64,000 bases of DNA from an uncultured bacterium (GCA_949297275.1 CASFQR010000007.1:2627-66626); one strand, 5' to 3'; positions 40,256 to 50,571 are shown, counted from the stretch's first letter. Numbers and translations are program-made. The notes: a model not told the origin generated them from the letters alone.

Positions 40256-40651
40256 TGGTGGAGCCGATGGGTAACGCTCCCATGTCCAAGAATAGTCTCA
40301 ATAAACTTCTACAGCTTAGTCGATATTAATCATTCACTATCATGTCAGTATCGACACATCCATTGATAGCTAGATGAACAAATTTTCATTTAGAATTAAC
40401 TCATCAACTTTCCTAAACTATCTTCTTGGTATGACACATTCCTTAAGCGTGAGAAGATGAAACCTTAAGATGCGCGCTGCCCGAACCTAGTTCGGAGTCT
40501 ATGTCGACTGCTATTAAGCAGCAGCGTAACTGAAGTTCATGGTAGAACTTCGATAACTACGATTGGCAGTTATTTTTGTTTGGTTAATAATGGGCACCGC
40601 CCAGCTGCAATTTATCTAGATCAATACCCCTGTCGAAACTTTTTCGACCCC
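40256..40651 (-). ncRNA. ssrA: tmRNA (ssrA), standard one-piece
   Basis: 5' end GGGGUCGAAAAAGUUUCGACAGGGG matches B. subtilis GGGGACGUUACGGAUUCGACAGGG. 3' end GGACAUGGGAGCGUUACCCAUCGGCUCCACCA matches B. subtilis GGACGUGGGUUCGACUCCCACCGUCUCCACCA. The 5' and 3' ends form a 7-bp acceptor stem. The tag ORF ...GCC AAU CGU AGU UAU CGA AGU UCU ACC AUG AAC UUC AGU UAC GCU GCU GCU UAA UAG gives ANRSYRSSTMNFSYAAA (plus 40511-40567). Confidence 0.88.
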
Positions 40652-40667
40652 AGGTGCGGTTATTATA

Positions 40668-41369
40668 TTATTCTTCAATTAAAATTTCAAATGCCCTTTG
40701 ATTATTTGCAAGACCTTCAACATAAATGTGAGGAGATTTATACCCTTTTAGAATTAAAAGATCGTTTTCATATAATTCTGTGGAATAATTAACCACTACT
40801 CTTTTAAAATTTTTCTTTTTTAATTCTGCATTAGAAAATAAATCTAAAACCATATCAATATAACGAGTGTTATTCATGTGTTGATTTAAATCAATGTCGG
40901 TAGAACGCACTCTTCTTTCTTCTAAAATCGCTCCTTCATTAGCCTCGATTCTTTTAGGATAGGCTAATTCATCTAAACGCGATTCATGATATAAAGGAAA
41001 TGTCATTTCATCTAAAACGACTGGTTTACGATTCGTCGAATCGATAATAAACCATAAAGCAATCATTTTTACTAAAACTTCGCCATTTTTATCGAGGAAT
41101 AAGTAATGACGAGGATAAATATAAGAACGGTTTTTACCAGGATAAGTTTCTAAAGTCACTTCTTCTAAATAATTGGGTAAGCGATTAATTTGTAATTCTA
41201 ATCGGGTAATGATCCATAAATAACCTCTTTCACGACAAATTTTTCCTAAGCCAAGATGTTCAACTTCCTCAACTGAAATATCTTGGGTTAATTTAAATAA
41301 AGATGATAATTTAAGTCGCAATGAAGCATCCACTTCACTTGATCCAATGATTATTTTTTTACTAAACAT
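40668..41369 (-). CDS. acyl-ACP thioesterase (hotdog fold)
   Basis: 233 aa; carries the NQHMNNTRYIDMVLD motif (N-H-V-N-N-x-x-Y) typical of acyl-ACP thioesterases. Confidence 0.7.
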   Translation of the reverse strand: MFSKKIIIGSSEVDASLRLKLSSLFKLTQDISVEEVEHLGLGKICRERGYLWIITRLELQINRLPNYLEEVTLETYPGKNRSYIYPRHYLFLDKNGEVLVKMIALWFIIDSTNRKPVVLDEMTFPLYHESRLDELAYPKRIEANEGAILEERRVRSTDIDLNQHMNNTRYIDMVLDLFSNAELKKKNFKRVVVNYSTELYENDLLILKGYKSPHIYVEGLANNQRAFEILIEE

Positions 41370-41855
41370 TTATTTATCCTCCTTGCCTTTATTTAAAAGG
41401 ATGTGTGTTAAGATTACACCACCATTAATTAATAATAAAATTCCCGATAAATATGGCCCTGATGCAACTACGACATTACTAAAATCAAGCATCGGGGTAA
41501 TTAAAGAGACACTTGTCGGCAATAAAAACGACATAATTCCTAAAATGAAAGATAACACTAATGCGATGTATTGATTTAAATTATTTCGCATTAATACAAG
41601 TGAAGCAATCGCGCATAATATAAGTAATAAATAATAAATAAAGAAGACAAGATTAAAATTAAACGCTAGGTCGTAAGTTACACCCCCGTCTTGATAATAG
41701 TAAGTAAGGGCAAATAATATTTGATAACCAAAAATATAAGCTTTATTACCATCATTAAGGTGCATTTTTAAGAAAGGGGTAAACACTAAGAGGAGAGTGA
41801 TAAGAGGTAAGATAGCAATAATGATGCGCAGGAACAATCTAGTAGTTTTAGACAT
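41370..41855 (-). CDS. small polytopic membrane protein
   Basis: 161 aa, about 5 TMs, abutting the thioesterase gene. Confidence 0.5.
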   Translation of the reverse strand: MSKTTRLFLRIIIAILPLITLLLVFTPFLKMHLNDGNKAYIFGYQILFALTYYYQDGGVTYDLAFNFNLVFFIYYLLLILCAIASLVLMRNNLNQYIALVLSFILGIMSFLLPTSVSLITPMLDFSNVVVASGPYLSGILLLINGGVILTHILLNKGKEDK

Positions 41856-41943
41856 AGAAATATTGTAGCAAAAACCATCATCAATGAATGAATTTTATTT
41901 AAAAATTTGCAAAATAAAAGCGAAAGAGTTATAAATTACAGAC

Positions 41944-43014
41944 ATGGAAAAAGAGATTAAAAAGTCTAAGAAAAAATTAATTATTGGTCTAAGTGTCTCG
42001 CTAGGTGTTGTTGTTTTTTTAATTATAAGTTTAGTGATTTCCCTTTTTATAGCCCCTAAAATTGTTTTAAACCAAGTCTTTGCTAAATCTCCTTTACCTG
42101 ATTATCAATTAGTGGCGGGTAATGTCACTTATGATCGTTATGATAAAGATACCTTCCCGCGAGTAGAAACAACTTTTTTATCAACCGAGGGTGAACTAGA
42201 TGCTTATTATTTTCCTAATTCTAGAAGCGATGATTTAATTCTATTTATCCCAGGGTTAAGCGAAGGTACGAATTCATATTTACCTTGGATTAAATATTTT
42301 TATGACCAAGGATATGATCTTTTTTCTTTTGATCCAACAGGAACATATTTAAGTGAGGGTAAAACGCAGATTGGTTTTCCTCAACGCATTATAGATGCTC
42401 AAAAAGCGATTGAATTTATTAATGAAACATACCAATACGATAACCTTTATGTGATGGGTCATTCAATGGGAGGCTACGCTTCTATCGGAGTCAATTATTT
42501 TTGTGATAACATTAAAGCATCCATTTCCCTTGCAGGCTTTAACAATAATGAAGATTTTATGCTAAGCTTTGCGTCGCAATATGTTGGTGATACTTTAGTA
42601 AATTTGACCGGTGTTTTTTTAAGAAATTATTCAAAACAAATATTTGGGGAATTATCAGATTTAAATATGTATGATGTTTTAAATGATCTTAAAGGGCGGG
42701 CGATGATTGTCCAAGGAACGGCAGATACAGTTGTAAAATATCATAACGATTCAATAGCCTATTACCAAAATTTAATAACTAACCCCGATATTCAATATGT
42801 TGTTTTAGATGGTGATTATGCTACGCATTCCGGAATCTTATTAAGTAACGAGGCGAATGCTTATCGCATAGAAGTTAACGAAGAATTTAATAATTTAGCT
42901 AACGAATCATATGAAATAAGATCACAGTTCATTAATGAAGTTAATCATTCTTTATATACTGAAATTAATCAAGAATTATTCTCCACTATTTTAGAATTTA
43001 TCCAAAGCGCTTAA
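41944..43014 (+). CDS. membrane-anchored alpha/beta hydrolase (esterase/lipase-like)
   Basis: N-terminal TM segment; nucleophile elbow GHSMGG (YVMGHSMGGYASIG). Confidence 0.7.
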   Translation: MEKEIKKSKKKLIIGLSVSLGVVVFLIISLVISLFIAPKIVLNQVFAKSPLPDYQLVAGNVTYDRYDKDTFPRVETTFLSTEGELDAYYFPNSRSDDLILFIPGLSEGTNSYLPWIKYFYDQGYDLFSFDPTGTYLSEGKTQIGFPQRIIDAQKAIEFINETYQYDNLYVMGHSMGGYASIGVNYFCDNIKASISLAGFNNNEDFMLSFASQYVGDTLVNLTGVFLRNYSKQIFGELSDLNMYDVLNDLKGRAMIVQGTADTVVKYHNDSIAYYQNLITNPDIQYVVLDGDYATHSGILLSNEANAYRIEVNEEFNNLANESYEIRSQFINEVNHSLYTEINQELFSTILEFIQSA

Positions 43015-43229
43015 GAAATAAAAATCTTGTTTTTGCAGTCTTTTTGGTTGCAAAAATAGATTATTTTTCTTAAATTTCAAAATAAGATATCTTTTATAAA
43101 TGAATTTTTTATTCCAATTTATTTTTAAAAGCGCAATAAATAGATTGCTAAAAGTTTCTAAGCAAGTAAAATTATGTTCATAATTGAAAAAATTATGAAT
43201 ATAAGATAAACTAAACGGCGGTCAAAAAT

Positions 43230-44435
43230 ATGAAAACATTCAAATTAATTCTTAAAAGTTTAATCTCTAATCAAACAGCAATTGATGCTTCAAAAAAGAA
43301 ACCATGGTATTTTGCTGTTATCTTTTATCTCCTAGCAACCGTTTTAGCGGTTATCCCTACGATGGTCACTTATCTAACCGCGACTGGTTCAGATTTTTTA
43401 AATCAAAGTTATGTCTATGGTTTTGATATTGCTACCACTAGATTTATCGAATCAATTAATGACAATGAAATCGATATGATTATCGCGAGTGAAAATGAAG
43501 ATACTAATTATTTATCAGTTGATATTAATAAGTGGAACACAGTTTATAATGAAGGTTTGCAAGCGGGTGATATTCGTTTTATTCACTGGGTACCTTCCCA
43601 AAACGCGAACGATTTAGACGTTTATTATACCGAGACTAGCGGAGCAGAATATAACGCCTATGTCGAAGATGTTTTAGGAAATTATTTACCTGGGACTGAA
43701 ATTAGAAACAATTCACTAGATTTAACTCGTCAATGTTCGGTTATTATCTTTGGGAAATATCAATATAATGTTTATTTATATCGTTTAGGAAATCCTTCTC
43801 CAATTTCAAGTAGTTCTGGTAATTATAATGCCTTTGAACCAGGCTATAATCTTCGCTCCATAATTGAAGTTTATGATAACGGTAATTTAGTCGATAAAAA
43901 TTCTCCAGGAACTTTATATCAAGTTTATCAACGCGGTGTTTATAATAATTTCAAAAATTTCTTTAATACTGGTTATATTGAAATTCGTAACACTGCTACT
44001 TGGCAAATGACCTTGATTATGTTTGCAATTAATGTTGCGATTGTCTTCTTCTTAGGTATCATTTTGTTCATCTTTACCCGCGGTCGCAATAATGTTTATA
44101 AGACATTAACTTTCTGGCAAACGCAAAAGATTGTTTATTGGTGTTCCTTCTCGCCAGGTATTTTAGCTATTATTTTAGGTTTCTTACTCTCTTCCATGAG
44201 TTATATTTTCTTCCCCTTATTTATTTCGGTCCGTTCAATGTGGGTTGTAACGAAAAATTTAAGACCTGAAAATCCGCAAGGAAGCGCTCAACCAACCGCT
44301 AAAGAACTCGCAGCCTATGAAGCGCGTGAAAAAGCGCGCAAAGAACGCGAAGAACAAAAGAAAAACAAGAAAAAAGGCCAAGTAATTGAAGCGGAAGTTA
44401 AAGACAAGGATAGTAATCCTAAAGATAAAAAATAA
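43230..44435 (+). CDS. membrane protein with an extracytoplasmic domain and a Lys/Glu-rich C-terminal tail
   Basis: One TM at residues about 25-45, a domain of about 200 aa, about 4 TMs, then a charged tail. Confidence 0.5.
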   Translation: MKTFKLILKSLISNQTAIDASKKKPWYFAVIFYLLATVLAVIPTMVTYLTATGSDFLNQSYVYGFDIATTRFIESINDNEIDMIIASENEDTNYLSVDINKWNTVYNEGLQAGDIRFIHWVPSQNANDLDVYYTETSGAEYNAYVEDVLGNYLPGTEIRNNSLDLTRQCSVIIFGKYQYNVYLYRLGNPSPISSSSGNYNAFEPGYNLRSIIEVYDNGNLVDKNSPGTLYQVYQRGVYNNFKNFFNTGYIEIRNTATWQMTLIMFAINVAIVFFLGIILFIFTRGRNNVYKTLTFWQTQKIVYWCSFSPGILAIILGFLLSSMSYIFFPLFISVRSMWVVTKNLRPENPQGSAQPTAKELAAYEAREKARKEREEQKKNKKKGQVIEAEVKDKDSNPKDKK

Positions 44436-44454
44436 TTTTTAATAAACAAAAAAC

Positions 44455-44496
44455 TGTTAAATAGGGCGGGGTCAAAACCCCGTTTTATTTAACAGC
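44455..44496. terminator. Extended hairpin (ctgttaaata-gggcggggt-caaa-accccg-ttt-tatttaacag) between convergent genes; contains intergenic motif copy 3
   Basis: Inverted repeats of 10 bp and 6 bp; it begins with the AAAAACTGTTAAATAGGGCGGGGT motif. Confidence 0.6.
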
Positions 44497-44497
44497 T

Positions 44498-47164
44498 TTA
44501 TTCGATGGATTTTAAAGATTCGACCATCTTGACCGAACGAGTTTTAATTGTTAAATAAATTGTGACTAATAAGGCCGTAAGGAAGGTAATTGCAAAAGCA
44601 ATTAAATAGGTTTGGGGATAAGTGGCATAAAGATAATCAACTAGAGGCGTTTGATTAACATATAAGACAAAACGCATGAGGGGATTACCTAAAAGCATAC
44701 CAAAGCCAATCCCTAGAGTCGTTAAACACATAATTTCCATCCCTAAAGATACTCCGATTTCTAAACGGGTAAAACCTAAGACCTTTAAGGTGGCAATATT
44801 TCGTAAACGCTCTTTAAAATTTAATAATGCGAGATTATATAAAACGATGATTGCTAATAAAATTGCAAAGACTTTAACCGCTAAAGTCATTAAAGATATC
44901 GATTCAGCATAGCTATTAATTTTATCGATAGTTTCTTGTCTAGTTGCGACATTTGACACCCCACTGATCGATTTAATTTGCTCATTGATATTTAAAACAT
45001 TGTCTTCGTTATCAACATTGACCCAGGCGAAAGTTAAATAATTAAATAATTCGCCATAATTTTGATAAGAGGCATTTAAATAAATGCCATTCATATAAAA
45101 GGCGGTATTAATAAACCCTACTTCGCCTTGATATTCTTTACCAACCGCTAAAAAGCGTAAAGTATCACCAACTTGAATATCTAACTCATCAGCTACTTTG
45201 CGGGTAATTACAATTTTATCTTTAATTTGATAATTATCATCGATTTTAAAGAAAGCGGAATCGTCTTGAATAATTGTGGCAATAGTAGAAGATGAACAAT
45301 CTTCTAATAAAAGGGTGATAGGAATTGAAGAATATTCTTCTACTAAGATAACGCCATCAATATTATAAATTTGATCTTTTTTAGAAGTCGTAGAAGAATA
45401 AGTCACAATCGTATCTGAATCATAAAAAGAAGTTAAATCGTGTTGAATACAATTATCTAAGGTGTCATCAATTCCAAAACCGCAGACAAGAAGAGCCGTA
45501 CAACCTAAGACTCCAATAATAACCATAATCGATCGCGGAATATTTAAGGCAATATTTCTAAAGGCCATCTTAAAAGATAAATTGAGAGGTTTTTCGTTCT
45601 TTTTAGATTGCCTTAAACTCTGTTTAAAGGATTTAGGCGAGGCAGGTCGCATTGAATCGGCTGGTTTTAAACTTACTTCTTTATAGACAATTAAGAAGGT
45701 AACTAAGGCCGTTAACGCTAAAATGATGATCGTAATAATAATGGTTTCTGGAACCGCAAGAACAAAACCGAGTTCAGGTAAAGAATACAAAATGGCATAT
45801 TTTTGATTCATAATAGCCGGAATAACAAAAGGACCTAAAATAATCCCAATAGCGGTCCCAATAAAGACGATGCTAATCCCCAAAATAATATAATGGAGAA
45901 TAATTTGAGTTTTAGAAACACCGATGGCTTTTAAAGTTCCAATATTCGTCCGATCTTTTAAAATTAATTGACTTAAAGTTGTTAAGACAACTAAAATCGC
46001 TACCACAAAGAAAATGATGGGAAAGACATAGGCTAGTTGCCTAGCTTGAACAATATCATTTTCAATTGTGACATTACTCGTTAAAGTATCTTTGGTTTGA
46101 ATTAAAAGCAAATTGTTATCTTCTTTTTGATTAAAATAATCTTCAATTTCGCTATTGATTGTAGTTAAAAGTGATTCGTCATTTAATTTAATGACATATT
46201 GATTAAGTGAAAAAGCACTAGCGACATAATTAGCAATCGTATCAACAAAACTTAAAGAGGAATAATCCTCTAGCGCCCTTAACAAAAAGATAAAGATTAA
46301 ATCTTCTTCGCTTGTCGAAGTGGAAATTGCTGGGATGGCAAAATTATCTTTTGCTAAAGAGATTAAAATGCGTTTAAAATAATCAGAATCTAAAAGAAAA
46401 GAGGAATCATTCATGGACGCTGATTGAACATTTTCTGCTGACATCATCGTGCCAGTTACTAAAAAGTCGGCTTCTAAATAAGCGGTATCAAAGATATTTT
46501 CTTTGCCTTTTTTAACGCACATATCTAATAACGACATTGTCGATTTAGAAGCTAAAAAGTCTTCAACTTCCGGTGTTAAAAATGGTTCAATTTGCCTTAA
46601 GGTTTCTTCGTCTAACACTAGTGGTAATAAATCATTTAAATTAAGCTGATTTAAAATATCGCGAAACATCGCAAAAGAGATTTCGACAGGTATTTCTTTA
46701 TATGTTCCATCTAGATTAAGCCAACTATTATCTTCATCAAAAGAATATTCTAAAATTCGTTCATCAATAATAAAGAAATCATCTACGGCTTGATTATCCG
46801 TGCGGTAAGGCTTATTAATTGTTGGCAATTCATTCATCAATAAGGCAGTCGCGGTTTTACCATTTACTTTCCCTTGAATCGAATAGCGAGTCTCAACTTC
46901 TCCAGCATCAGATACAATACTCTCAATTGCAGCCTTATCGCCTTCATCTTCATTTAAAACATTTACCCACAAAGAAGCCATATTTGAGCCATCGTAGAGC
47001 ATATTAACTCTTTGAGATAACCAATCAGCGTTACTAGTTAAACCAACAAATAAAGTCACAGCAATTGCCATAATAAAAATGACCGCAATAAATTGCGTGG
47101 GGCTTTTTAAAATCGTTCGTCTCCTCGAAGCGCTTAATAAAGAATAAAGTGATTTCTTATGCAC
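44498..47164 (-). CDS. ABC transporter permease, FtsX/MacB-like with two large extracytoplasmic domains
   Basis: 888 aa. TM pattern 1+3 ... 1+3 with long loops between, adjacent to a MacB/LolD-type ATPase. Confidence 0.75.
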   Translation of the reverse strand: MHKKSLYSLLSASRRRTILKSPTQFIAVIFIMAIAVTLFVGLTSNADWLSQRVNMLYDGSNMASLWVNVLNEDEGDKAAIESIVSDAGEVETRYSIQGKVNGKTATALLMNELPTINKPYRTDNQAVDDFFIIDERILEYSFDEDNSWLNLDGTYKEIPVEISFAMFRDILNQLNLNDLLPLVLDEETLRQIEPFLTPEVEDFLASKSTMSLLDMCVKKGKENIFDTAYLEADFLVTGTMMSAENVQSASMNDSSFLLDSDYFKRILISLAKDNFAIPAISTSTSEEDLIFIFLLRALEDYSSLSFVDTIANYVASAFSLNQYVIKLNDESLLTTINSEIEDYFNQKEDNNLLLIQTKDTLTSNVTIENDIVQARQLAYVFPIIFFVVAILVVLTTLSQLILKDRTNIGTLKAIGVSKTQIILHYIILGISIVFIGTAIGIILGPFVIPAIMNQKYAILYSLPELGFVLAVPETIIITIIILALTALVTFLIVYKEVSLKPADSMRPASPKSFKQSLRQSKKNEKPLNLSFKMAFRNIALNIPRSIMVIIGVLGCTALLVCGFGIDDTLDNCIQHDLTSFYDSDTIVTYSSTTSKKDQIYNIDGVILVEEYSSIPITLLLEDCSSSTIATIIQDDSAFFKIDDNYQIKDKIVITRKVADELDIQVGDTLRFLAVGKEYQGEVGFINTAFYMNGIYLNASYQNYGELFNYLTFAWVNVDNEDNVLNINEQIKSISGVSNVATRQETIDKINSYAESISLMTLAVKVFAILLAIIVLYNLALLNFKERLRNIATLKVLGFTRLEIGVSLGMEIMCLTTLGIGFGMLLGNPLMRFVLYVNQTPLVDYLYATYPQTYLIAFAITFLTALLVTIYLTIKTRSVKMVESLKSIE

Positions 47165-47167
47165 TTT

Positions 47168-47872
47168 TTACCACTCAATCTCCTCAACGCTTTTAGGTTT
47201 TTCAATTTTTTGATCTAAAATTATTTTGCCATCTTGCACTCTTATTAAGCGATTACCGACTTCGGCAATTTTAGAGTTATGCGTCACAATAATGACTGTT
47301 TTATGATATTTAGCAGAAACATCTTTTAATAATTTAATAATCATCGCGCCGGTTTTACTATCGAGCGCTCCGGTGGGTTCATCACATAAAAGCAAGGTTG
47401 GATTTTTAACAATAGCGCGCGCGATTGCTACTCTTTGTTGTTCGCCGCCTGAAAGTTGACTAGGAAATTGCTTCTCATGACCTTTTAGACCAACTGATTC
47501 AAATATTTCAAAAGCATCTAAACCTTTAGGCGCGACACTAGATGCTAAGGTCACGTTTTCTAAGGCTGTTAAGTTAGGCATTAAATTATAAAATTGGAAA
47601 ACAAATCCAATTTCATTGCGGCGGAATTTCCCTAAAGCCTTTTCGGATAACTGGGTGATATTTTGACCATTGATATAATAATCACCACTACTAGCGTTAT
47701 CCATTCCGCCTAAAATATTTAAGATGGTTGATTTACCAGCTCCACTCGCCCCTAATATAATGACAAATTCGCCTTCATCAATTGTAAAAGAAACATCATC
47801 TAATGCTTTTACAAGATTAGTTTTGACGGTGCCATAAACCTTTGAAATATTTTTAAAAATAATTTGTGACAT
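47168..47872 (-). CDS. ABC transporter ATP-binding protein (MacB/LolD type)
   Basis: Walker [10 protein letters not shown], signature [14 protein letters not shown], Walker [13 protein letters not shown]. Confidence 0.9.
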   Translation of the reverse strand: MSQIIFKNISKVYGTVKTNLVKALDDVSFTIDEGEFVIILGASGAGKSTILNILGGMDNASSGDYYINGQNITQLSEKALGKFRRNEIGFVFQFYNLMPNLTALENVTLASSVAPKGLDAFEIFESVGLKGHEKQFPSQLSGGEQQRVAIARAIVKNPTLLLCDEPTGALDSKTGAMIIKLLKDVSAKYHKTVIIVTHNSKIAEVGNRLIRVQDGKIILDQKIEKPKSVEEIEW

Positions 47873-47874
47873 TT

Positions 47875-49194
47875 TTAATATTTAATTAATTTATTGATGG
47901 TCTTACGACCAATGGAATGATATTCAACCCCACTCATCTTATCAAGGGAATATAAATTGCGACCATCAAAGACAACTGGTTCTTTTAAATTTTTAATAAA
48001 ATCTTCGTTTGTTAAAAGTTTAAATTCTTTTGAATCATTCAAAATCACCGCAAAATCAGCTTTTTTTAAGGCATCAATCGCATAATCACAATATTTAATC
48101 CGCCCAAAACGAGAGAAAGCTTTATGAAAATTATCTTCTGCGAGCGGATCATAAAGTTGAATATTAGCGTTCTTATCTAAAAGCGCGCGAACTACTGGAA
48201 TAGCAGGTGAAGATCGAATATCTTCAGTGCCACCTTTATAACCAACACCCAAAACTGCAATCGTTAAATTATTTAATGATTTATAGCGACGATAGATTTT
48301 TTGGAGGAAAAAATCTGGTTGTGTCATGTTAATTTGGGTCATCGCCTTAATTAATAAAAGTTCCGAATTTTGTTTTTCACCAATATATTCTAAAGCGCGC
48401 GCGTCTTTAGGTAGACAAGCACCACCATAACCTAAACCAGCTTTTAAGAAAGCTCCACCAATCCGCGGATCCTTACTCATCCCGTAGGCGACTTGTTCAA
48501 TATTCGCCCCCACCTTTTCAGCAAGGCGGGCCATGGAATTAATAAAAGAGATCTTTAAAGCTAAAAAGGAATTAGAAGCATATTTAATAAGCTCGGCGTT
48601 TTCAGGTGAGGTGACAATAACATCAATTTTTCTTGTAATAAAATCACTTAAATATTCACGAATGACACCTTCTCCTTCCGGTGAAGAAACCCCAACGACA
48701 ATTCTAGAAGGATTTAAGATATCATAGACCGCTCGACCTTGAGAAAGGAATTCTGGGAAAGAAATTATTTCAAATTTATATTTTGAATGACTCTCTAAAT
48801 ATTCTTTTGTCTTACGATTTGTGCCAATTGGCACGGTTGAGCGAATAATAATAAAAGAATCGCGAGTTGCTTCATTAGCAATATCATCGAGCACTTCGTA
48901 AAAAGCTGTTAAATCTGGCGAACCGTCTTTTTCGTTTGGTGGCGTCCCAACAGCAATTAAAAAAATATTATTTGGCCTAATGGCGTCCCGCGCATTCGTG
49001 GTAAAGCGTAAATTAAATTTGGCTTCAGTTAATAAGGTTTGAAGGTTAGGTTCTTCAATTGTCGCAACTCCTTCTTTTAAAAGTGAAACTTTATTTTTAT
49101 CAATATCTAAGCCGATCACTTTATGGTCATAGGACGCTAAAACAACAGCGTTAACTAAACCAACATAACCTAAACCAATAACAGTTATATTCAT
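47875..49194 (-). CDS. ugd: UDP-glucose 6-dehydrogenase
   Basis: MNITVIGLGYVGLVNAVVLA (N-terminal NAD-binding GxGxxG); catalytic Cys region GGACLPKD; 439 aa. Confidence 0.85.
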   Translation of the reverse strand: MNITVIGLGYVGLVNAVVLASYDHKVIGLDIDKNKVSLLKEGVATIEEPNLQTLLTEAKFNLRFTTNARDAIRPNNIFLIAVGTPPNEKDGSPDLTAFYEVLDDIANEATRDSFIIIRSTVPIGTNRKTKEYLESHSKYKFEIISFPEFLSQGRAVYDILNPSRIVVGVSSPEGEGVIREYLSDFITRKIDVIVTSPENAELIKYASNSFLALKISFINSMARLAEKVGANIEQVAYGMSKDPRIGGAFLKAGLGYGGACLPKDARALEYIGEKQNSELLLIKAMTQINMTQPDFFLQKIYRRYKSLNNLTIAVLGVGYKGGTEDIRSSPAIPVVRALLDKNANIQLYDPLAEDNFHKAFSRFGRIKYCDYAIDALKKADFAVILNDSKEFKLLTNEDFIKNLKEPVVFDGRNLYSLDKMSGVEYHSIGRKTINKLIKY

Positions 49195-49199
49195 TAATA

Positions 49200-50102
49200 T
49201 TACCTTCTACGACGAATGAGTCGTTTCTGCGCGAAATAATTATTTTTGCAATAACGCGCGATTTTTTTAGCGATGTGCACGCCGGTAGCTTCTTCTAATA
49301 AGTTGGTGCGCATGGCAGCGTTTATTTCTAAAATTAATGGATTGCCATAAACATCTAAAACCATCTCAATAGCGGCAAAGTCTGCTTCAATTGCTTTAGC
49401 GGCTTTCACTGCTAATTTTTGCATGCGTTTATTAATTAAACGCGTTTGTTTTAAAGCGCATTGGCCATTTGGGTGCATGATAAAATTACCATCGACGACG
49501 CGTTCTGCTCCACAAAGATATTTATCACCTAACACCATTAATTTAAAAAATTTACCTTCATTAAGAGGAACAAATTCTTCCACAATTATTTCTTCGTTTG
49601 TTTTAACTTCTAAAATCTTTTTTAAAAACGAATCATTTTTTGCTAAATAAAATGTTTCATTAATCCCAATTTGACGATTTTTAACTACCAAAGGATAAGA
49701 CATTTTATTATTTTCAATTTCTTCTTTAAGGCGTTCAAAATATGGTAAATTGCTTTGGCCCGCTAAATAGGGGATAGTAATCTTTTTAGTTGTGGGCAAA
49801 TGTAAATTTTTTAAGATACGGTGTGTTAAAATACGGTCGCGCGAAATATTTAACGCATAACTATTATTGAAAGTAGGAATACCCATTCTTTCAATTGTCT
49901 CAGCTAGCTCAGCATCTTTATCCCACATAAAAACAAAAGATAGATAATCTTTCAATTTACGACAATAATCTAAAGCTTCACTATTATTAATTGCATAAGA
50001 GGTTACACCCACTCTTCTAAAAGAGCGAATGAAAACATTAATCTGCCTTTCCCATTCTCTGGTATGTTTTCTTGCAACATTATAAATAATTAAAGTATGC
50101 AT
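49200..50102 (-). CDS. ATP-grasp fold protein (RimK-like ligase)
   Basis: The C-terminal half aligns to the ATP-grasp pattern (PLVVKNRQIG...EEFVP...EINAAMRTNL...GVHIAKKIARY). Confidence 0.5.
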   Translation of the reverse strand: MHTLIIYNVARKHTREWERQINVFIRSFRRVGVTSYAINNSEALDYCRKLKDYLSFVFMWDKDAELAETIERMGIPTFNNSYALNISRDRILTHRILKNLHLPTTKKITIPYLAGQSNLPYFERLKEEIENNKMSYPLVVKNRQIGINETFYLAKNDSFLKKILEVKTNEEIIVEEFVPLNEGKFFKLMVLGDKYLCGAERVVDGNFIMHPNGQCALKQTRLINKRMQKLAVKAAKAIEADFAAIEMVLDVYGNPLILEINAAMRTNLLEEATGVHIAKKIARYCKNNYFAQKRLIRRRR

Positions 50103-50192
50103 AAATTACCTGCTTATTTATTTTGCAATAAATTGAAAAAATATACAATCTTATAAGTTAATTTAATTATCTAAGAAAGATAATTATCACGA

Positions 50193-50531
50193 TTAATCGC
50201 CATAATCCGATCCTCGCGATTTATCTTCAACATAAATGTGTAAAGGATCTAAAATATCTGTAATTTCTTGATAAATATACCCATCAATTTTCACATATGG
50301 TGTTTCATAATCGTGGGTAAACACTACTCGTTTATTTTTTAACACTATTTCTTCCATTCTTTTTAAAATTAAGGGGTATTTATCTGGATAAATTTCTTCT
50401 AAATAATTTAATTGCGTATAAAACATTGGTTCAAGATAAAAATTTGATCCATCGGGATAGAAAAATTGATTGCAAAGAGGGTAAAGCGGATTAATTTCTT
50501 TTTTTAAAGATGACCATTCTAAATATTTCAC
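50193..50531 (-). CDS. hypothetical protein
   Basis: 112 aa; Tyr/Pro/Glu-rich; no recognisable motif. Confidence 0.35.
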   Translation of the reverse strand: MKYLEWSSLKKEINPLYPLCNQFFYPDGSNFYLEPMFYTQLNYLEEIYPDKYPLILKRMEEIVLKNKRVVFTHDYETPYVKIDGYIYQEITDILDPLHIYVEDKSRGSDYGD

Positions 50532-50571
50532 AATGAAAAATATAACGAATTAGATTAAAATAGCAATAGAA

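Noticed and set aside
40256-40300. GAGCCGAUGGG...CCCAUGUCC read on the plus strand looked like a group II intron domain V
   Set aside because: The pairing is poor on the plus strand. On the minus strand the same bases are the canonical tmRNA T-arm/acceptor/CCA, which aligns almost perfectly to B. subtilis ssrA. There is no intron-encoded protein and no other intron domains.
40013-40792. ORFs 40013..40228(+) and 40580..40792(+)
   Set aside because: The first lies in the GC-rich structured tract, where stop codons are depleted. The second runs antisense across the tmRNA 5' end and the thioesterase 3' end. Neither has a credible RBS.
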